Below are positions 38,767 to 48,423 of a stretch of DNA of 64,000 nt, piece after piece. The DNA lies in the IMG/VR virus record IMGVR_UViG_3300042558_003926, positions 186,001-250,000 of that record; one strand, written 5' to 3'. How positions within the stretch are numbered: the first letter of the stretch is position 1; each line of letters starts with the position of its first letter. Position numbers and translations under genes: made by a program. The notes beneath the pieces are model-generated. The model was not told the origin of the DNA. It made no database searches and worked only from the letters and a program-made list of their open reading frames with translations.

Positions 38767-39222
38767 TTATTGTGCTTGATTAAATAGACCTCCTAATTTA
38801 GAAAAGAAAGAAACCTTCGAGGGATCTGGTCTAAGTTCTTTAGAGGTATCTATATCAGTTTGGGAGATGCTACCAAGAACAGTAGGTATAGCCTCAACCA
38901 TAGATTTAGCAAGCTTAGGTGCCTGTGATTTTATCTGATTGATAAATCCAGGATCTATACCGGGAACATCATTTAGAATGCCTTCAATTCTTTGCTGAAG
39001 ATAAGATGCTGCACTTGCGGGATTGGTATCCGCCATTTTTGCAATTCTCTCAGCCTCACCCGATACTAAAACTGATTTAGCCATTAAACCAGCGATAAGC
39101 TTCATAGCCTCATCCGAAACACCGGATACTGTGAAGTCGATCTCACCAAAAATAGGTGGAGCTGCTTCTACCCCAGCTTCCTGAGATTCGAACATTTTTC
39201 TGAAGTGTACTATATTTTCCAT
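38767..39222 (-). CDS. Hypothetical protein with CTS-like tag
   Basis: MENIVHFRKMFES. Confidence 0.6.
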   Translation of the reverse strand: MENIVHFRKMFESQEAGVEAAPPIFGEIDFTVSGVSDEAMKLIAGLMAKSVLVSGEAERIAKMADTNPASAASYLQQRIEGILNDVPGIDPGFINQIKSQAPKLAKSMVEAIPTVLGSISQTDIDTSKELRPDPSKVSFFSKLGGLFNQAQ

Positions 39223-39229
39223 TTATTAA

Positions 39230-39886
39230 TTATTTTTTAGTTGAATATTTCGCTGCTATATCAGCAAGTTTACCGAATAGGATTAACCATTTAGGGTCAG
39301 TCTCTCCCAATTGCTGCATAGTGTATCTTGTTGGTGAATTCTCAAAATCTATTTCGTTACCAACCTTCTTGTAAAGGAAAGAATATCCACCAAAGTTTTC
39401 CGGGCCTAATTTTATCATATTTCTGACGTCCTCCGGTGATTTATCTATGAATGGGTTATAGAAATTAAATCTAAGATTCTCGATATCATAAAATACGTCA
39501 ATAAAGAATGAGCATTTAGGAAACCCTGCATCTACCTTAGATTTTTCGGTTCTTGTTGCTTCAACAACTAGACCTGCTCCACTTTTTTCTCCTACACATC
39601 CCCAGTAAATGTCCTCGTAATTTCCAAATTTAAATGATGCCGGCTTTATCACACCATATCCAGGAACCTTGTAAACCTTACCTGTTAAATCTGAGGTGAT
39701 TAAATCCTTAATATCCTTAGTGTATCTAGTTAGGACATCAGTTTGAGGTTTAAGCATTCCTCTAGACTTTGCTTCCACTGCTTTACGAACAGAAGTTCCC
39801 TTCATTAACTTATTAGTTTCCAGATAATTTACAGCAGATTGCTCGGCTTGTTGAGTAAAAGCTTCAAAAAGATTAATATATTTCAT
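39230..39886 (-). CDS. Hypothetical protein with CTS-like tag
   Basis: MKYINLFEAF; AATATATAG at 39909-39917 on the minus strand. Confidence 0.65.
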   Translation of the reverse strand: MKYINLFEAFTQQAEQSAVNYLETNKLMKGTSVRKAVEAKSRGMLKPQTDVLTRYTKDIKDLITSDLTGKVYKVPGYGVIKPASFKFGNYEDIYWGCVGEKSGAGLVVEATRTEKSKVDAGFPKCSFFIDVFYDIENLRFNFYNPFIDKSPEDVRNMIKLGPENFGGYSFLYKKVGNEIDFENSPTRYTMQQLGETDPKWLILFGKLADIAAKYSTKK

Positions 39887-39922
39887 TTTGATTGGATTTA
39901 TATTTACCCTATATATTCAACC

Positions 39923-41017
39923 CTAGATTTGTTTTAATGCGAATCCTAAATCCGAAAAATCCCTCATACCTGTTCTTTTCAATATACCATCCTTAATATC
40001 TGGATGATTTTTAAGGTACTGTAGGTCCAACGGATTTTTTTGGAAATGACTATCTGGCAAAGCCGTTGCAATAAATTCCTTAAATTTATCATCATCCTTA
40101 CTAAATGCCATATAATGCGAAATTTGATAGTGATGGTCTATATATGAGCCAGGACCCTTATCCATTATCATAGGAAGTACCTCTATATCGAAAGGAGAAG
40201 CGTAAAAGTAATCACACTGGAAAGCAACTATTTTTCTTTCCCTATCGAAATATCCAGCTAGAGAATTTAATGCAGGTGATTCTGACATGGTTCTTCTTTC
40301 ATGGTTTACCGATAAAATTCTAAGAGGTTCCGAAACCTCTATAGTAGGAAATGTCATTAGATCTTTGATTCCTCCCAGAGAGTATAGTAGCATTTCTCCG
40401 CCAACTTTTTCGGGGAGAAATTCCAATGACTCCAGATCATTCAACCGAATGATCACAAATTTACCCTTCACTGTACCAAAATTTATAGATGCTAGTATAT
40501 CTGGATCAGATGTTTGAGGATCCTGTGAGAATGTTCCCGAAATATCCACTGCTTGACTTACTCTATTCCATTTCCATTTAGATTTAGTCCCCTTGTTTAT
40601 CTCGATAATCTGATTAGCCGTCAAAGGACCAGTATTTTCATTTGGCTCATTCCTTTTTATTTCTCCGGAAAATCTATCAAGTAGATTAAGAAGCATATCA
40701 TACAGGGTGAAATCACTCTGGTATCTTTTAATAAATCCAGAGGTTGCCGCTTTATCTCTTATATAACCGGATTTCTGTAAAACGATTCCGTCTGGGTACA
40801 TATAAGAAATTGATGGATTATTGGTTTTTAACATGATGGTAGAGTTCTTGGCTTGAAGTGGGGTTGTGACTTCTACAAATCCGATATCCTCTAAAGACTT
40901 CCATATTCCCATTTCTTTCCAGTTAGAAGGCCAATGTTCTTTTTCTATATCAGATAGATTTGAATTCTCGTAGATATAACCAGAATTAAACTCCTTGAAC
41001 CCCTTTATATTTTTCAT
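39923..41017 (-). CDS. Tagged protein with a degenerate copy of the LRR-like module found in the 48-53 kb array
   Basis: MKNIKGFKEFN...YE; WKWNRVSQAVDISGTF...FGTVKGKF...LESLEFLPEKVGG. Confidence 0.65.
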   Translation of the reverse strand: MKNIKGFKEFNSGYIYENSNLSDIEKEHWPSNWKEMGIWKSLEDIGFVEVTTPLQAKNSTIMLKTNNPSISYMYPDGIVLQKSGYIRDKAATSGFIKRYQSDFTLYDMLLNLLDRFSGEIKRNEPNENTGPLTANQIIEINKGTKSKWKWNRVSQAVDISGTFSQDPQTSDPDILASINFGTVKGKFVIIRLNDLESLEFLPEKVGGEMLLYSLGGIKDLMTFPTIEVSEPLRILSVNHERRTMSESPALNSLAGYFDRERKIVAFQCDYFYASPFDIEVLPMIMDKGPGSYIDHHYQISHYMAFSKDDDKFKEFIATALPDSHFQKNPLDLQYLKNHPDIKDGILKRTGMRDFSDLGFALKQI

Positions 41018-41118
41018 ATATAAAATTAATTTTTTGCAATTTATTAAATCATTACGATGGATAAAAAATATTAATATATTTCATTCCAATTATATTTACC
41101 GTGTATCCATAAATTTTT

Positions 41119-41349
41119 CTATTCCTCAGCAGAAACCTCAAATTGGTAGGGTTCCCCGAGGATGGGCTCTGTCCCCTCGTAATATTCGATATACCAAAAC
41201 ACTGGATTATCCAAACTTGCTTCCTTGTAGTCGACGTAATATTTAGTTACGTCTTCAGCTGTTTTAGGAAGTCCGTAGTAATCAGCACACGATTTCCTTG
41301 CATCTATAGCCTCTTGTTCAGTTGTATATTTATATCCATCAATAAACAT
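41119..41349 (-). CDS. Small protein downstream of the fibre-like gene (possible chaperone or partner)
   Basis: Start overlaps the upstream stop. Confidence 0.6.
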   Translation of the reverse strand: MFIDGYKYTTEQEAIDARKSCADYYGLPKTAEDVTKYYVDYKEASLDNPVFWYIEYYEGTEPILGEPYQFEVSAEE

Positions 41350-43036
41350 CCCAGTAAGTATTTATGTTTGATTCTATTCCTGTTCTATTTGCACTCTGAT
41401 CAGAATCCCAATATATGTATTCAGCATATCTACCCGAAGTTGTGCCCGATCCGGTTCGGCCAAAGTAAATAAAATTAGCACCAGTTGCTGGAATTTGGGT
41501 GGCTGTCGTAGCCGAAGCGCTACCGTTAACATAAGCAGTTTTTAAATCACTTGAATTTTTTTCCGAAGTAATTATAAACGCACCTACATTAACATCGAAC
41601 CCATGGCTTACCAGAGAACTCATGTCGCTCCTCAATCTTCCCGTTGTAGCTTGCCAATATAAAGGTTGCTGACCCTGTATGCCGCCAATAGTACTATTAC
41701 CAATTGAACCGATATTAATAGTATTCGAAGTTCTATTGACAACACCTACCGATAAATATCGTGTATTTGGACTTATCCCAGATGCTAATGAATAACTATC
41801 ATTTACCCAAGTAGTGGTTATTTTACCTGTATTTGGGTCTGTTATAATTGAACCACCTGAAACAATTTGAGCTTGATCTGCTGTTGCTGCTTGTGTTGAA
41901 TTATTCGAGTTTGTACTTTGGTCATACCAGGTTGTTACAAAACCACCACCTGCTGAAGCTAACGTTTTTTGATATGCCCTAAGATCTGCTGTTTTACTTA
42001 ATTGAAAGCCCCAAACATAAGCACCAGAAGTACCGTCCCCCGCATAGGCTAACTCTCCATTCGCAGCTCTTAAATAAATTCTAAAACAATTTGAAGTAGA
42101 AGTTTGCCCAGCAGTAATTTTAACTGAAAATCTATACCACCCGTTAGATTCTGCTGATATTACGGGCGAATTCGTAAAATTGCTACCCGATATAGTTCCA
42201 TCTATTAAATTTATGACGCAAGCTTGTGTAGTTCCGGGTAGGAGTGATTCAAATCTTACGCTTGTTCTTTCTCCTTGTTTTAGATATAGAGATAAATTAT
42301 AATCCGCTCCAATTACAGCAGTAACTCCTCCAGTTTTGTTCAATATATGGGTTGCATCTGATGTACCTTCGATAAGTTTATCACCGGATAGGGTATTGTC
42401 TGGAGCTGTTATAACATTTAAATAGGGAGGAGTCCCAGTTACATTTAAAGAGGCATACGAGTAGGTGGACGTCTGACTTATATCTTCCGAATATGTTGTT
42501 ATATTATAACCTATGAAATCGAGTAAACCTACCGTGTCCAGATCATTGGAAGAAAATCCTATATCTTGTTCAGCGTCATCCAACGATCTTCTTACCCTTA
42601 TGGCACTTCCAGAGTAAGCTGTTCTGAGTTTACGCAACGAATAAGCTAATGCTGCATTTGGGTATAGATCAAGTAAAGGTGTAATTAGGGGGAAAGAAGT
42701 CCAATATCCATTATTATTTAAATATGTCTTTGCGGAAGATCCGTCCGAAAAAGATTGGCCAAATATACTGTTTGTTAGATCAACAAAAGATTGCTCCGTT
42801 AATGATCCGCTTCTCCAAAATCCAACTGATGCTCCCAATCCATCTGGTGTGGGTTGATTCCCCCCGGGAACTGATGCCGCTATAACATATCCTAGATCCT
42901 CATCCGGACCATTCCACCAGCTAACCCCAGTAGATCCAAACCCAGATGATGGGTATCCGACAGCCAGGTTACCAACCTGTTCGGTTCCTGCAATAGAAGC
43001 TCCTGTGTTATATGCGAATGGTCTTGCTGTTGGCAT
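41339..43036 (-). CDS. Putative virion fibre/spike protein with lectin-like (LamG/concanavalin-type) modules
   Basis: Gly/Ser/Thr-rich; LLDLYPNAALAYSLRKL...AIRVRRS...EQDIGF; inserted beta-sandwich (NGWYRFSV...YVWGFQL); GFVTTWYDQS. Confidence 0.6.
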   Translation of the reverse strand: MPTARPFAYNTGASIAGTEQVGNLAVGYPSSGFGSTGVSWWNGPDEDLGYVIAASVPGGNQPTPDGLGASVGFWRSGSLTEQSFVDLTNSIFGQSFSDGSSAKTYLNNNGYWTSFPLITPLLDLYPNAALAYSLRKLRTAYSGSAIRVRRSLDDAEQDIGFSSNDLDTVGLLDFIGYNITTYSEDISQTSTYSYASLNVTGTPPYLNVITAPDNTLSGDKLIEGTSDATHILNKTGGVTAVIGADYNLSLYLKQGERTSVRFESLLPGTTQACVINLIDGTISGSNFTNSPVISAESNGWYRFSVKITAGQTSTSNCFRIYLRAANGELAYAGDGTSGAYVWGFQLSKTADLRAYQKTLASAGGGFVTTWYDQSTNSNNSTQAATADQAQIVSGGSIITDPNTGKITTTWVNDSYSLASGISPNTRYLSVGVVNRTSNTINIGSIGNSTIGGIQGQQPLYWQATTGRLRSDMSSLVSHGFDVNVGAFIITSEKNSSDLKTAYVNGSASATTATQIPATGANFIYFGRTGSGTTSGRYAEYIYWDSDQSANRTGIESNINTYWDVY

Positions 43037-43086
43037 CTCTTTATATATTCTAAATAAATATATAGATCACAAATAGAATTAAAATA

Positions 43087-43656
43087 ATGGCATCGTCAAT
43101 TAACCCTATATCGGTTACTCTCCATGAGTTGGGATCATATCTAGCAGATAATGGAATAGAAGTAAATCTATGGGGCAGAGGAGCTGCTAAAACGGTAGAT
43201 CATCTCTTACAGGAGATACGATCTGGGGAATGCGAATTAACAGAAACGGAAGATGGATTAATCCGAGTAATCCACGTGGTCTCTGCTAATATCTACTATG
43301 AGGACACATTCGGAATGTTTATTCTAAAAGAGGACAAACAGGTTTTCAAAGGAGGCAGAACAAAAACAAGATCTTTAAACACTTCTCTATCAGAAAAGAT
43401 TGGACCGAATGAAATACCCCTGGAAGGGATCATCCGAGGAATAAAGGAAGAATTAAACATAACGATATCACCAGACCAGATAAAAGAGGTTTCCAAATTT
43501 AATGAGTCTAGGGAATCGAATTCTTTTCCTGGTCTATCTACAATCTATATGGGAACTAGGTTTTCTTGCAGATTAAACAGGGATCAATATAAACCGAATG
43601 GCTATATAGAGGTTCAGAATGACAAGACCGTTTATTTTAAATGGGAGAAGGCTTAA
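43087..43656 (+). CDS. Nudix-like protein
   Basis: LSEKIGPNEIPLEGIIRGIKEELNI (degenerate Nudix box); AATATATAG at 43057-43065. Confidence 0.6.
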   Translation: MASSINPISVTLHELGSYLADNGIEVNLWGRGAAKTVDHLLQEIRSGECELTETEDGLIRVIHVVSANIYYEDTFGMFILKEDKQVFKGGRTKTRSLNTSLSEKIGPNEIPLEGIIRGIKEELNITISPDQIKEVSKFNESRESNSFPGLSTIYMGTRFSCRLNRDQYKPNGYIEVQNDKTVYFKWEKA

Positions 43657-43862
43657 ATAAAAAAGGATCGGAGTAGCGAATTCCGATCCTTAGTAGTCGT
43701 AACTACTCCGGTCCTAAAATGGGGGATTAAACCCGCCGGATATCTTTATGATAATTTATTCGAGGTATTAGCCCTACTGCCAATGGCACCCCGCTAAGAG
43801 TGCCATTGGAGGGAGATGATTCTGACACGAGGTCCGAATTTCTTAAATACCTTCTCTTTCGT
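43657..43862 (-). ncRNA. Candidate structured ncRNA (about 200 nt)
   Basis: No ORF. Late-type promoter at 43863-43871. Several stems (CCAATGGCAC/GTGCCATTGG; GAAGGTATT/AATACCTC; TCCGG/CCGGA; AGTAG/CTACT). Ends in an AGGATCGGA/TCCGATCCT stem plus a U-run. Confidence 0.6.
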
Positions 43863-43896
43863 CTATATATTACAGTTGAGGATAAAAATATGTGAA

Positions 43897-45300
43897 TTAT
43901 TTTAGTGAAATGCTAATATCCCCATAATCGATACTCGTATTCATTTTCTTCTTATGGTGAACCCAATATTTTTCGTGATTGGTGAATTGGGTTTGTTCCT
44001 TGAGCAAAGATAAATTTGTATGAAGAAATCCATTATAATATGGTGGAGTCACTATCTTAGAGAGAATGTTAAATCGGAAATCAATAAATTCTTCTCTAAT
44101 CGATGAAATATCTCCGGTATAAGACTTTATTGCTTGAGATTCATCAACACCTTTTAATATTTTTTCACGAATCTCCTCGCGATTACTATTATGATTAAAT
44201 CCAGGTAGCGAAGCTATTAAGAATTTTTCATTATACTTGGTCCGTTTATCCAGATCCCCCAACATCTCTTGAGCTTTATCAAAGCTGTCAAAAAGATTTT
44301 TTCTGCGTAATTTTTCACAGTTTTTATTCCACAGAATTCTTGGAACCAGAGCAACTTCTTGGAGCAAATCATTAACATACAAATGGACTTTATATGTATT
44401 ATCCGTTGTACCGTCCTCTTTTCTTAATTCTATCCTCAGATTATACCATTTCTTCAATTCAAACTTATAATCTGTGTAGACTGTTTGGGATCCGGAGGCT
44501 AATGGAAAGGCAACCCCTATCGAAAATGGACTTCTTTTCTCTTTATAGGATTCTTTGTATCTATATTTATTGCCTTCCGTCTCGACAGGTATGATAGAGT
44601 AAGGGGCAACTGCTCCTATCGAGATAAAGTTATGAGGAGGATCAGTATAAAGCTTAGTACCCTTTTCATTTTCACCGTTTTCTCGTGAATACTGAAATCT
44701 CATTATCTCCGTACGTCTAGTTGTATTGGTTTTATAGATAGAATCTATCGATCTGTAAAATGTTCTAGTTGGAAATCTATTTAATCTAAATGAACAGCTA
44801 ATCGTATATTCGCTAGTCATCTTATTATCAGTAGAATCATATATCGGTTTCCAGTTATCCTCCGAAAGTTCATTTCTACCCAATATTTGTAAAGTTGGTT
44901 GATGACCAAATGCAAATAGATCATCAGGTAATCCCTTAAATTTTTTATTAGCACCATTAATGGTTGCCTGGTTTATTTCAGTAGAGGTAACAACAATCAG
45001 ATCCGATGCGGATGTTTTTGGCTGATAAGTAAAAACTGTTCTCTTATCATCCTTAGTCCCTACAATCGATTGGACTTTAACTAGAGTTGGAGCATCCACA
45101 AACTTATAAGCATCCTTAGTGGTATTTTCAACCGACTTCATTAACTTATCCTTTAAGTCCGAGTATTTTTGAACCTCTTGTTCGCTCAATTCTTTCTCCC
45201 CCTTAGATTCTATCTTAGTTCTAAGTTTTTCATATTCAGGATAGAATCTTCTAATCTCGCTGGATAGCTCAAGAGCTTTCGATTTATTAACAGAACTCAT
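43897..45300 (-). CDS. Hypothetical protein (possible LamG-like beta-sandwich in the middle)
   Basis: 467-aa ORF; FELKKWYNLRIEL...VHLYVND. Confidence 0.6.
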   Translation of the reverse strand: MSSVNKSKALELSSEIRRFYPEYEKLRTKIESKGEKELSEQEVQKYSDLKDKLMKSVENTTKDAYKFVDAPTLVKVQSIVGTKDDKRTVFTYQPKTSASDLIVVTSTEINQATINGANKKFKGLPDDLFAFGHQPTLQILGRNELSEDNWKPIYDSTDNKMTSEYTISCSFRLNRFPTRTFYRSIDSIYKTNTTRRTEIMRFQYSRENGENEKGTKLYTDPPHNFISIGAVAPYSIIPVETEGNKYRYKESYKEKRSPFSIGVAFPLASGSQTVYTDYKFELKKWYNLRIELRKEDGTTDNTYKVHLYVNDLLQEVALVPRILWNKNCEKLRRKNLFDSFDKAQEMLGDLDKRTKYNEKFLIASLPGFNHNSNREEIREKILKGVDESQAIKSYTGDISSIREEFIDFRFNILSKIVTPPYYNGFLHTNLSLLKEQTQFTNHEKYWVHHKKKMNTSIDYGDISISLK

Positions 45301-45316
45301 TTATTAAAAATTTATT

Positions 45317-45769
45317 TTATGCTACTTTAGTAAGTGTTGCATCATAGTCTCCCTCGACTCCTTTAATCTCTCCGGTCCCACTAAAAGCTATACTTGATGC
45401 TTTTGTCTTAACCTTGGATGCAAGAGTGTTTAGAGTTGCATCGTCCAATTTAAATACCTTATCTGTGTTGTCCTTAACGTAGATGTCTCCGGTCTCCTTG
45501 CTTTTCCAAACCACTTCAACAGCTATAGGTCCTTCATACCAAGTTACAAGGAGTTTTTTAACTTTGACATTTACCTTATAATAAAGTTCTGTGTTGTTAT
45601 AGATGAAAACTATTCTACCGGTCAAATCCTTTGGCTTACCAGTTTTGGGATCCTTACCCCCGTGTGTTCTGGCAGAAACTATCTCTACCCCCTTCCACTC
45701 TACTGATTCTAAAATTGGTTGATTTAAAGATTCGTTTACGAAATCTTGATATCCCTTAATGTTTTCCAT
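45317..45769 (-). CDS. Hypothetical protein with CTS-like tag
   Basis: MENIKGYQDFVNESLN; AATATATAC at 45790-45798 on the minus strand. Confidence 0.65.
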   Translation of the reverse strand: MENIKGYQDFVNESLNQPILESVEWKGVEIVSARTHGGKDPKTGKPKDLTGRIVFIYNNTELYYKVNVKVKKLLVTWYEGPIAVEVVWKSKETGDIYVKDNTDKVFKLDDATLNTLASKVKTKASSIAFSGTGEIKGVEGDYDATLTKVA

Positions 45770-45833
45770 TGAACTCTATATCTCTTTCTGTATATATTCC
45801 AATGGAACGGATAAATTGGAAAGAGATCCGGAT

Positions 45834-46148
45834 CTAAACTAGATGCTTCAGAAGTTCATGCTTTCTAGATCTGTGTCTTCGCTGTGTCTCTGCCCACTCG
45901 ACTCCGCCTTTATAGTAGATCTTACTTCCTCCTCTTTCGGCTCTTCTCTGTAGATCTATCTCCTTCTTCTTGGGATCTTGGATAAATGTAATTAGTCTTC
46001 TGGAAACCTTAAATAGTTTTGCGAGGTTTCTCTGACTCATGCCTCTCTCGGTCCAGTACAATACCATTTCTTTCTGGCATGGCAACAGCTTAACCCTTTT
46101 ATCCAGAAAGGGTGAATCGAGCTTAAGTTTTTCAGTTTTGTATGGCAT
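45834..46148 (-). CDS. Small HTH protein
   Basis: GMSQRNLAKLFKVSRRLITFI. Confidence 0.7.
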   Translation of the reverse strand: MPYKTEKLKLDSPFLDKRVKLLPCQKEMVLYWTERGMSQRNLAKLFKVSRRLITFIQDPKKKEIDLQRRAERGGSKIYYKGGVEWAETQRRHRSRKHELLKHLV

Positions 46149-46158
46149 CTTGCTTTAT

Positions 46159-46395
46159 TTAGACATCTTCTGAATTAGTTTTGCTTTCCTTGTCTTCCTG
46201 TTTTTGCTCTACGAATTCATACTCCATTGTTTCTGTTGGTCGATAGTACTCGCATCTTTCCTCCTCCCTCTTATAAGGGGCTTCGGAAAAATATGCTTCC
46301 ATAAAAGAATCTTTTAAATACATGTGTCTGCTGCAGGTTTTCTTTAAAGGACAATCCTTTCCCACGCAAAATGTAATATCAATGTCCATTCTCAA
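46159..46395 (-). CDS. Small Cys-rich conserved phage protein
   Basis: DITFCVGKDCPLKKTCSR...CEYY. Confidence 0.65.
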   Translation of the reverse strand: MRMDIDITFCVGKDCPLKKTCSRHMYLKDSFMEAYFSEAPYKREEERCEYYRPTETMEYEFVEQKQEDKESKTNSEDV

Positions 46396-46470
46396 GTTCT
46401 TTTATTTGTTGTTATCTATCAATTTTCTCAATATTAATAATACATTCCGTGAATAAAAAATTGTGATTTA

Positions 46471-46502
46471 TTTTTTCATCCCGTATATGGTGTCTATATT
46501 TG
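46471..46502 (+). promoter_or_regulatory. Putative early promoter (CCCG-N11-TATATTTG)
   Basis: Motif copy. Confidence 0.7.
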
Positions 46503-46518
46503 CTCAAAACTAAAAGAA

Positions 46519-47064
46519 ATGAAAAACCAAAAATCAGAATCAGAACAGGGTCTAAAAGCTTTCCCTGGACCACCGATGGGCATGGGTATGATCATACCAA
46601 TTAAGATCAAACAGGCTTCAGAATTTCTAAGTAGAGGAAATGATAGGAGTCAGAAGCTAGGAAAAATCCTATCTGGAATATTCGAAGCAATGGTTAAAGG
46701 CGGCGAAACCTATTTCAATCTCTACGAGAATATTGGACGTTCCTATCCAAAAATGTCCAAATTCTGGAACGATGAGATTTTTCATAAGATGAACGGGAAG
46801 GAAGGACCTACTGAGATTGGTGACGTTAAGAAGAACACTGGCATCGACTTCGAGGTTCTTGTTTCTGGAATAGATCCAGAGGGATTCAATTATTTACAGG
46901 CAACTATCATGTTCGTGAAGAATGTACGGAATCATGCTCAGAAAGAATCGGAGGATGAGATCGAAAGATTTGAGATCTTCTATCCTATGATCTGGGGGGT
47001 GTACATCTCGGTATTTAATGACGAGTATCTGGACGAAATTCTAGATATAGTCGAGAGAGCATAG
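46519..47064 (+). CDS. Hypothetical protein
   Basis: ORF after the promoter. Confidence 0.6.
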   Translation: MKNQKSESEQGLKAFPGPPMGMGMIIPIKIKQASEFLSRGNDRSQKLGKILSGIFEAMVKGGETYFNLYENIGRSYPKMSKFWNDEIFHKMNGKEGPTEIGDVKKNTGIDFEVLVSGIDPEGFNYLQATIMFVKNVRNHAQKESEDEIERFEIFYPMIWGVYISVFNDEYLDEILDIVERA

Positions 47065-47745
47065 TTAGTTCCCGATCATCACGGGAATCGGTGTTCCCAC
47101 TGGATAAGGAAATCCTTCCTTAGCTGCTGTTACTGAGGTCTGTCCGTTTTTGACAGGGATTGCAACACGAAGAGGAACTGCATCCTCATTCAAAGGCCCG
47201 TAAACTCTAGCCAGTACAATACCGGTTTCGGTTGTATCGAATATTACACCAGGCATGGCAAACATGTTGCTCTCGCTTGTTGCTGGATCTGACATATCAA
47301 TTACAAATGCACGATTAACCGGTGACATCAACTCCCATTTCTTGCTATCAGGATTGAACTGTGGGATAACGGTTGTGGTGTCAAAGTACCAGAATAGAGA
47401 CCAAACGGTGTTGTCAGTGCCATCTGGGGTTTGAAAATTGCTGGCAACATTAAAGTCTCCCCAGGTTCCACCACTACCGTACATGGCCAAGTTAGAGATA
47501 GAAGGTCCATTAAGTACAGGACAGATAGCGCACCCTTCACGATACTCAACGCCCTGAATTGTTATGGTCTTTCCAGTAGGAACTGCTGCAGAAGCTCCAC
47601 AGAAAGCGAATTGACCTTCGTGAATTCTAAGAACCCCCGCTTCTTTCTCTTGTGCAACTTCGATTTGTGTCTCATGCTTCTTATCCGAGCATGATGTAAA
47701 AGCAAGAATTGCGGCTACCATTAATAGTATTTTTGTTCTTTTCAT
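47065..47745 (-). CDS. Putative lipoprotein
   Basis: MKRTKILLMVAAILAFTSC lipobox; GATATATAA at 47783-47791 on the minus strand. Confidence 0.7.
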   Translation of the reverse strand: MKRTKILLMVAAILAFTSCSDKKHETQIEVAQEKEAGVLRIHEGQFAFCGASAAVPTGKTITIQGVEYREGCAICPVLNGPSISNLAMYGSGGTWGDFNVASNFQTPDGTDNTVWSLFWYFDTTTVIPQFNPDSKKWELMSPVNRAFVIDMSDPATSESNMFAMPGVIFDTTETGIVLARVYGPLNEDAVPLRVAIPVKNGQTSVTAAKEGFPYPVGTPIPVMIGN

Positions 47746-47853
47746 TTTTGTTTATTTGTTATTTATAATTATTTCTCTGAACTTATATATCCACCGATTT
47801 CTGACAGCTATCAAAGAATATAGCCCGCTTCAACATCAAGTAACTTACCCCAC

Positions 47854-47879
47854 AAAAAAAGCAGACCGGAATCTGCTTT
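47854..47879 (-). terminator. Intrinsic terminator
   Basis: A-run then GCAGA-loop-TCTGC on the + strand (U-run on the minus strand). Confidence 0.6.
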
Positions 47880-47899
47880 CTAAATGCTTATGAGTTTAC

Positions 47900-48361
47900 T
47901 TATCCTATGTAAGTTTTGATGAATTCATCAACACCCATTAATTCTGTGTGACCGTGATGGTCGATACAAAGCAATTTACCTTCAACTAGGTCAAATAAAC
48001 GAGCTTCTTCGTAAACTTGGAAAGAATCACTACCGTTGTTCTCATTACCAAGTCTACCATCTTTAGCTATGTAGTAAGCATAATCCTCTGTGTTAGTGCT
48101 ATTCGGCACCGCCTCAAATTCTCCATTCTCGTCATGAATTACATAACCCATTCCTGTTACATCGACATCGAAGATTTTTAATTCGTCTTCAGTTCCAGGA
48201 AATTCGGCAGCAAGTCTGTCAATAGCACTTTGCAATTTCTCTTTCTGAACTTCGTCGATGATTCCTACTGCTGCATAAGCATCTCCCTGAAAGCAAGTAG
48301 CATATCTTCTACCGGATCTTTGTGTGGGACCGAAGTTCTCAAATAATCTAAGGTGTTTCAT
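47900..48361 (-). CDS. Hypothetical protein with CTS-like tag
   Basis: MKHLRLFENF; GATATATAA at 48382-48390 on the minus strand. Confidence 0.65.
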   Translation of the reverse strand: MKHLRLFENFGPTQRSGRRYATCFQGDAYAAVGIIDEVQKEKLQSAIDRLAAEFPGTEDELKIFDVDVTGMGYVIHDENGEFEAVPNSTNTEDYAYYIAKDGRLGNENNGSDSFQVYEEARLFDLVEGKLLCIDHHGHTELMGVDEFIKTYIG

Positions 48362-48423
48362 TTTAGTTTATTTTTTTTGGTTTATATATCTCCAAATATA
48401 AGGAAGAATTGCGGAAGAATCAT

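Noticed and set aside
9812-47694. Numerous 60-100-aa antisense ORFs in the track (for example 9812, 10487, 11555, 13433, 14486, 24691, 40287, 47431)
   Set aside because: They lie wholly opposite well-supported genes and lack motifs or promoter context.
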